A stretch of 64,000 nucleotides of DNA from Pelomyxa schiedti. Lineage: Eukaryota > Protista > Evosea. The position numbers and the translations under genes are program-made. The DNA lies in the NCBI GenBank assembly GCA_020536535.1, contig JAHLWZ010000594.1, positions 1 to 64,000 of the forward strand, in the 5' to 3' direction. Numbering within the stretch: the stretch's first letter is position 1; every line of letters starts with the position of its first letter. The notes beneath the pieces were generated by a model that worked only from the letters and a program-made list of their open reading frames with translations, was not told the DNA's origin and ran no database searches. Below are positions 53,028 to 64,000 of the stretch, one piece after another.

Positions 53028-54807
53028 ATGTCTCGGTATGATGCGGAGCAGAGGTCGGTGAGGCGTGTTGCTTTGCGCACGTGTGGATCTGACGTGAACA
53101 CCCAGGCCGAGAGGGTACTCTCTCTTTTCCTTCTTGTGCTTTGTTGTACTTAAACGCAGTACAGTTGTTCAATGTTATCGATGAAGACGGGAGCCAGGCT
53201 ATTGTGTTGGGTAAGTTCCACTTTCTCTTTATTGTTTACTAAGGGAATGGTTTTTTTTTTTTTTTTACACAAAAATGTGGTTATATTCTATTTGCAGTAC
53301 CGGAGAGGAGGTGCGTGTGCAGCTGCCTTTTGACAATACCTGCTTCTTGTGCCTGCATTGTTCAGAAGGCTGGTGTAAATCTAGGAGTGTGGAACGCTGG
53401 ACTCCATTGTGCAAACTACCTTTATGAGTACCGGCTCCCTCATCCCTACCTTTCCTTAATCAACACAAAGCGTTGTCTTTGTTGTTACTAAGCAGACTAC
53501 CACTTACAATTACGATATCGTGGAATGCCCAACCCATGGTTTGAGTTCTTGCAATGTGTCTATTTTTTACCACGATGTAGATAATGTGATGGTTGAAGTT
53601 GATATCACGCTTTCGTTTACTATTTTCAACCCTGAAGCTTTTGTGTACCTGCTCGGAGCCACTCATTTTGGTCTGTTTTCAATGCCAGTGTCTTGAGATT
53701 CATCATCCTTCCAGATGATTTGCTCAAAGCTCTTGCCGAGGAGGCAATTAGGACGTTGGTAAGATCGATTGATCACACTCGCATTTATGGCCTTCGTTCT
53801 TCAGCCGCCGATATTTTGCTACAGATTCTGAACCATAGTGTAGGAAAAACCCTTATTCTTGCACTTCGATAACAATTTCAACAGTTCAAAGACTTTGGTG
53901 TCAAATTCAATTCTGCTACTGTGACTAAGTGCAAAGTACAATATTTAGCATTACTATCTATTAATCTCACGAAATTCAGCTTCCTGCTGATTTGGATGAA
54001 GCTCTAGAAAGTGCTAGCAAAATTAATTCTCAGATGCAAGAACAGATTCGAAGGTTTTTTCTTTTGATTTTACCGTGAAGTCAATACTTCTCAGCCAAGA
54101 GTTTGAAATCAAGAAGTTGAATGACAAGGCTGACTTGGAATTAAAGGAGCTTGTTCTGAGGGAGGAACGTGTCGAGGCTGACCTTGTTGCAAAGAAGGAC
54201 CGAATGGTTATTGAGATGGAGACAAAATTGACCGAAGCCCAGCGCAAAGCCGAGCGTATCTTGATAAAGAACAGGCAACTAGCAGAGAGCTTGAAGGTCA
54301 AAGCACGTGCATCTCTACGTGATGATCAAACAAAAGCTCAGACTGAGGTATATATTCCCACCGGGAAGGATTCACCACTGACACATAAATAAGGCGGAGC
54401 AAGCGCTTCAAAAAGCTAATTCTGAAGTGAAGCAAACTCAGTGAGCACTCTTTTAAATAGCCCTTTCCGTACTTAATTATTCCTTAAGACGTGAGATTGA
54501 CCAGTGGGCCGCTGAAGAGCTCCTCCAAGCAGAAGCGAAGCTAGCAGAAGCTGAGGCCAAGGCTGCCATGCTTAAGATGGAGGCCGATGCTGAAGCCCGA
54601 GCCCTTGAAGACCTTAGGGCGTCCAGGGCCTACAAAATGAAAATGGCCACTCTCGAGGTCAGTATCTACCTTCAAGTGCAATAACCATCCTTACCGCACC
54701 AATAGGCACTCATGGACCTCGCTCGCTCAGGCAAGATCATTATGGCAGGCAAGACCGGTGAGACCCTTGTCAAAGCACTTGCCGAGGGTTCCGTTCAATG
54801 GCCCTAA
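53028..54807 (+). CDS. SPFH/band-7 family protein with coiled-coil C-terminus, multi-exon
   Basis: GVWNAGLH, CPT|DNVMVEVDITL, LAEEAIRTLVR, FKDFGVKF, followed by EA-rich heptads (AEAKLAEAEAKAA). Confidence 0.75.
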
Positions 54808-54985
54808 ACCAATCTAATCTCACTACACCAACCATCCCAACAAAAATCCAACTCCAAACCACAACCAAATGTCTAATGTCTTTTTATCATCTTCATTTGC
54901 TTCGAATAGACACCCACCACTTTGTTGCCAGTCCGTGGAAATCATTTTTTTTCCAGATAGTGTGCAGATGAAACGGCTTAAGGGA

Positions 54986-55865
54986 TCACGATGTGCCGTT
55001 TCTTTTTCTGACGTTTTTCTTGTGGGTGCCCCGCTGGGCCGAATCTGAGGCGCCTGCGCCCGATGCAGTTGTTGTGGTGGCGGATGCGGATGCGGATGCG
55101 GATGCGGATGCGGTGGGGTAGGTGGAGGAGGGAGGGGCTGGGGCTGCAGCACCGGGCAGGGCGCCGACTATGCCGATGAGGAACAGGGGGTACAGGCAGC
55201 ACGCGATGGCTAGGCGCACGGGGCACAGCGCCAAGCAACAAGCTGCGAGGTGGTGCACTATGGGGGGATATCCACAAGACGCCGTGGCGCTGCTCCGCAA
55301 TTGCCTTGAGCGGTGCCCCGAGTTAGAGGTATGGGATATGTGGGCCATAACGTTTGGGAATTGGCATACCGGAATCCATAGACGGACAGGACACAGTGGA
55401 CTGTATTATGGATTTTTGACCGTGTGAGCTATCCCAATTAAAGTGATTTGATACATACAGAGAGACACAACAGACTCCAGGGTTTTCGGTATTGACTGAT
55501 TCATATTCTCGAACCCTTCTTTTACTGGGTACTTTTTATGATGTTGTGTTAGAGCAGGGCTTCTTGGTATTTTTGTTTTTTTTACAGGTAGTACTTATAC
55601 CTTTCTCAAAAAGTATAAGTATTGCACCGTTGCGAGCATGTAAGCAATGAACGATGTCACTGCCTCCATGAGCAAGTATAACCTCAACTTATTAAATAGA
55701 TAAGTAAAGTATGCAATATGACAAAGAGAGGGGAAAAATTACATTACTGCCACAAGTGACCTTGGCAAGGACCACAGCAATAATAGACAACCCCAATGGA
55801 AGGCCGTGCACAAGAACCTCATAACCACATAGCATCACAATTATCGCTTTCCTCGTCCTGGCCAT
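54986..55865 (-). CDS. Hypothetical membrane protein, multi-exon
   Basis: Hydrophobic first exon (MARTRKAIIVML..LSIIAVVL) and hydrophobic/Cys-rich last exon with a poly(AS) tract; the internal structure was not resolved. Confidence 0.4.
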
Positions 55866-56117
55866 TTCTTCTTCTTTCTTTGCTTTTGTTTCCTTCAACT
55901 AAAATTGCAAGCAACACACACGGAAGACACCGAAGTTTAATGTAATGGTACTTCACACCGTTTATGTTTGGTTTACCTAGGTTTCTCACTTGAGATATGT
56001 TTCTGATTATTCAGCTGAAATGCACTTCGGGCTTCTTGAACCGCTATTTTTCGAAAAGGCAACAACCATCACGCCACATTCACCCCCTACCTCAAAACAG
56101 TCGGTCGGCCCTTCAAA

Positions 56118-56519
56118 ATGTCAACAGACAACAACAAGAACACCAGCAACAACAAAGTGCTTGAAGGTGAAATGCACTACGTGGAGCCTCCCGAGGGCGA
56201 CCACTGGGCGTGTGTGGACTGGGCTCCAACGGAGTGCATGGACTGCGGGGAGCCCTTCACCCTGCTGTTCCGCCACCGGCACCACTGCCGTTCCTGCGGC
56301 GGGCTGTTCTGCGACAAGTGCTGCCCCATGCGCCCAGTGCCGGTTGTCGTGGCCCCGCCGACGCCAAGCACGGGCTCGTGCGCCAGCACGACGACCACCA
56401 ACACCACGCAGCAGCAGAGGCAGTGCCGGCGGTGCCACGACGGCCTCCCTCCCCTCCCTCTGCCCCACCTCTCCTCCTGCTGTTGCAGCAACCACTCCCA
56501 GTCGGGTGGCGGCAACTGA
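56118..56519 (+). CDS. Stand-alone FYVE zinc-finger protein A (133 aa)
   Basis: CMDC..FTLLFRHRHHCRSCGGLFCDKCC..RQCRRC. Confidence 0.85.
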   Translation: MSTDNNKNTSNNKVLEGEMHYVEPPEGDHWACVDWAPTECMDCGEPFTLLFRHRHHCRSCGGLFCDKCCPMRPVPVVVAPPTPSTGSCASTTTTNTTQQQRQCRRCHDGLPPLPLPHLSSCCCSNHSQSGGGN

Positions 56520-56638
56520 TAGAGTGGCACACACCCGCGTATCACCCCCGACGAATCCAGCTGCAATGCACTTCGGGCTTCTTGAACCGCCATTTTTAAA
56601 AAAGGCAACAACAACAAACAGTCGGTTGGCGCTCCAAA

Positions 56639-57010
56639 ATGTCGACAGACAACAACAAGAACACCAGCAACAACAAACTGGTCGAAGGTGAACTGTACAA
56701 CGTGGAGCCGCCCGAGTGGACGTGTGGGGAGCCAACGGAGTGCATGGACTGTGGGGAGCCCTTCACCCTGCTGTTCCGCCACCGGCACCACTGCCGTTCC
56801 TGCGGCTGGCTGTTCTGCGACAAGTGCTGCCCCATGCGCCCGGTGGCAGCTGTGGCCCCGCCGGCATCGAGCACGGACTCGTGCACCACAACAACCACCA
56901 ACACCACGCAGCAGCAGAGGCAGTGCCGGCGGTGCCACGAGGGCCTCCCTCCCCTCCCTCTGCACCAACACTCCTGTTGCCACCACTCCCAGTCGGGTGG
57001 CGGCAACTGA
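56639..57010 (+). CDS. Stand-alone FYVE zinc-finger protein B (123 aa), tandem duplicate
   Basis: Same motif; near-identical DNA including ~80 nt upstream. Confidence 0.85.
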   Translation: MSTDNNKNTSNNKLVEGELYNVEPPEWTCGEPTECMDCGEPFTLLFRHRHHCRSCGWLFCDKCCPMRPVAAVAPPASSTDSCTTTTTNTTQQQRQCRRCHEGLPPLPLHQHSCCHHSQSGGGN

Positions 57011-57104
57011 TGAGCCACTCAGAGACACACCTGCGAATCAAATTAGCCGAAAACCAAAAAAAAAAAAAAAAAACAACAACAGCGAGGCTGAACGACAGGG
57101 GACG

Positions 57105-57785
57105 ATGTCGCGACTGGGGACGGAAGACACGACCAACGCGGACCCGCAGCCGCAGGCGGACGACGAGGGTGGGTCGGTGACAGTGGTGGAGTCGGAGCCG
57201 ATGGGCACGCGCCGTGCGCCCCCGGTACAGTCCACACGGACCGGGTCATCGGCCAACAGGGGAGGCCCCAAGTCCGTCGCCGCAACCACAGGCCCAAAGA
57301 GGGTTGTTTGTTTGTTGTTTGTTTGTTTGTTTGTTGTTTTTGTTTTTTTTTTTTTTTTGTTTGTTTTTTTTTTTTTTGTGTGTCATTTTTCAAATATACA
57401 CGCCAGTATTGTGTTGGGTTGGTTTTAATGTGCTTGTAGCCTTTACCACCTGGTTCGGAGTCATGGACGGAAGAAGAAAAAGATTTCTACAGAAAGGTAC
57501 TTCCCCGCGAAGTTATTATCCCTTGCTTACGTCCTTAATTTCGTTAGTGGGGAAAACCGAAACCAACACAGCCCACCTCTAAAGGGGTATGTAGTTACTT
57601 ATCAAGAAACCGTAATAATCCACAGCTACACCCGCCGGGCGCACACACCAAAGTCAACGCACAACTAACTGCCTCCACAGAAACGGTATGACAGTGCGGA
57701 CCACGGATTAAGCAGTGCCGCGAATGCAATCAGAGAACAGTACCGGCAACAACCCAGCCATGGCCAAATTCCCCACGACCCCTAA
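57105..57785 (+). CDS. Small hypothetical protein, 4-5 exons
   Basis: In-frame GT-AG joins giving MSRLGTED..GPKR|PLPPGSESWTEEEKDFYRK|WGKPKPTQPTSKG|LHPPG..; the 3' end is uncertain. Confidence 0.45.
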
Positions 57786-58018
57786 TCATTAGCTTCCTCT
57801 ACATTCTCCCCTTCCTTTCGGGTTGGTTCTTAAATCAAACCCTTCTTCCCTCTTGTTGTAGACAAACCACATCAAAAAAAAACTCATCCCAACTTTCTTT
57901 ATTTTATTTCCCCACCACCCACAACACAATGTTGTGAATGGCTGTACATCCAGTAAAAAAGGAAAAAGTGTTTGGTGGTATGACATACATGATTCCGGCT
58001 CAGTTCAGTTCAGGTTCA

Positions 58019-62507
<4,489 letters not shown>

Positions 62508-62805
62508 GGCGGGTCCGCGATTTGGTTATTATGGGAAATGGTCTCCGACGTTATCGCCCGGGTGTCGCCGGTGCTGTCGTCTTATCGTTCCGCTTTTTTT
62601 TTTTTCGGTCTTCCTGTATTTTCTTTTTTTTTTTTTGCCGTTCTTCGGAAACAACATCTTCTGCGAAAAACACGGAGATGATGCACCATCAAAAAGGGTT
62701 TGTTCCTACCAGCCAGTAAAAAAAAAGGGGAGTTGGTGTGATATTGGTGGATATCCCTGCTTGGGATCCAGAATAGGGGATATTGATATTGGTGTCTGAA
62801 CTCTG

Positions 62806-63788
62806 TCAAGAGGATGTGGTGAGTGGCAGGAAGTGGGCTGTGATTATTGCGGCCAGTGGCACCGTGATGTTATCAACATCAGGGATAGGCAGGGCTTCTA
62901 CCAGTGTGCTGACTAGGCACACGGCTAGGAGCCCACCCAAGTGCATTACACACCCCCCTGCACCGGCTGTGCACATCCCGCTGATGAGCCAGCAAGCAGC
63001 CGCGGAGGCTGCGTAGCCAAATACCAGCATGGCTCCACTTCCCCTCAGGGTCTTTCGGCACCACTTGGTCCAGTGATTCCGGAATGGCCAGGGCCACAGC
63101 GGCCCCCCGCCACATACTTCTGCCATTCCATCTCTGTGTGAAAGTTGTTAATACAATATATTAGTACAGTAATAATAGAATTGTCATTTAAATAATGGCT
63201 TAATACTATAAATACGCGTCAAATATATAATACTCACAATTTCGATTTTGTTGGTTTTGCCAAAAACAACAGGGACAAGCAAAGCAATTAGGTTTTTTTT
63301 TTGCGGGTGGGCACGGCATACCCGACGCACAGCATCATCATGGCCACGACGCCTGCGCACGAGTCGAGCCAGTAGACCCACGACAGCACCACGTGCACGA
63401 CGCCGTACATGGCGGGGCCCCGCAGCAGCTCCCTGGGGCCCCCGCCCCGCGACATCGACCGCACCGCCTCGTCGTCCCGCGCCAGCCCCGTCCCCGCCCC
63501 CACGAACTGCAGCGTCGCGGCCAGGGGCACCAGCGACGCCGCCACCCGCCGCGAAGTCGCCCACCCCCACCACCACGTCGCCCCCGCCCCCGTTACTACT
63601 CGAGGGTCCGGGCCGAACAGGAGCACGCAGCACAGCAGGTAAGTGGGCCCAGTGAGCACGTGGATGGCCTTGCGGGAGCCCCGCGAGGTCAGGAACCCCG
63701 ATCGGCGCAGCCACTGCATGGCCTTAATGAGGCTCCCTGCCACGCACGCCGTCCCGAGCAGAGCTACCCACACGCGCCAGTCACCCAT
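62806..63788 (-). CDS. CTP-dependent polyprenol kinase (phytol/farnesol kinase, VTE5/FOLK-like)
   Basis: SRKAIHVLTGP, RELLRGPAMYG, G|DGMA, KTLRGS, LVEALP..DNITVPL; intron 63321-63134. Confidence 0.85.
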
Positions 63789-64000
63789 TTGATAGTGTGT
63801 TCTCCGAATGGTGATAAGAAAAACGAAAAAAAAAAAAAAACAAACAGCGAGCAAGAGGCAGCCAAGTTGGGGTGAAATTGATTAACCGGTTGGCGACACC
63901 CCCAAAGGATACTAAACGAAACAACTTATCGTGATTCCTTCCCTTTTCCTTCGGGAAGTCATCACTTTCACAGGGAAGAATGCGAATATTCGTGAAGACA

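Overview
Gene-dense eukaryotic DNA with many short (~40-100 nt) GT-AG introns, the standard genetic code and one 100-N scaffold gap. The gene content points to an anaerobic protist. The lineage looks like an archamoeba such as Pelomyxa, but that is an inference from the HPRCG-motif family, the intron style and the anaerobic enzymes. About 30 genes are recognisable: Rce1/CPBP protease and Rap GTPase (duplicated together), EF-hand protein, Arl8, LAMTOR3-like, PP4R3/SMEK, C2-TPR-PH-CaaX protein, SRPK, cyclin, RRM protein, Rab5-like GTPase, WD40 protein, H+-PPase, Sec7-PH ArfGEF, CAF1, SPFH, two FYVE mini-proteins, YAK1 and phytol kinase. There are four highlights. (1) A 7-exon, ~1169-aa [FeFe]-hydrogenase is fused to a complete flavodoxin-FAD-NAD(P)H diflavin reductase; it has a variant H-cluster L1 motif, has lost the His-ligated cluster, and has a non-NADPH-type nucleotide site. 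(2) Six intronless members of an uncharacterised family combine a conserved N-terminal HPRCG-SP box with a variable beta-rich body, including tandem arrays and a pseudogene. (3) A Rab5-like GTPase is predicted to be N-acylated and not prenylated. (4) A 35-bp near-perfect hairpin encloses the stop codon of one HPRCG gene. Exon boundaries were read by eye and are approximate unless stated.
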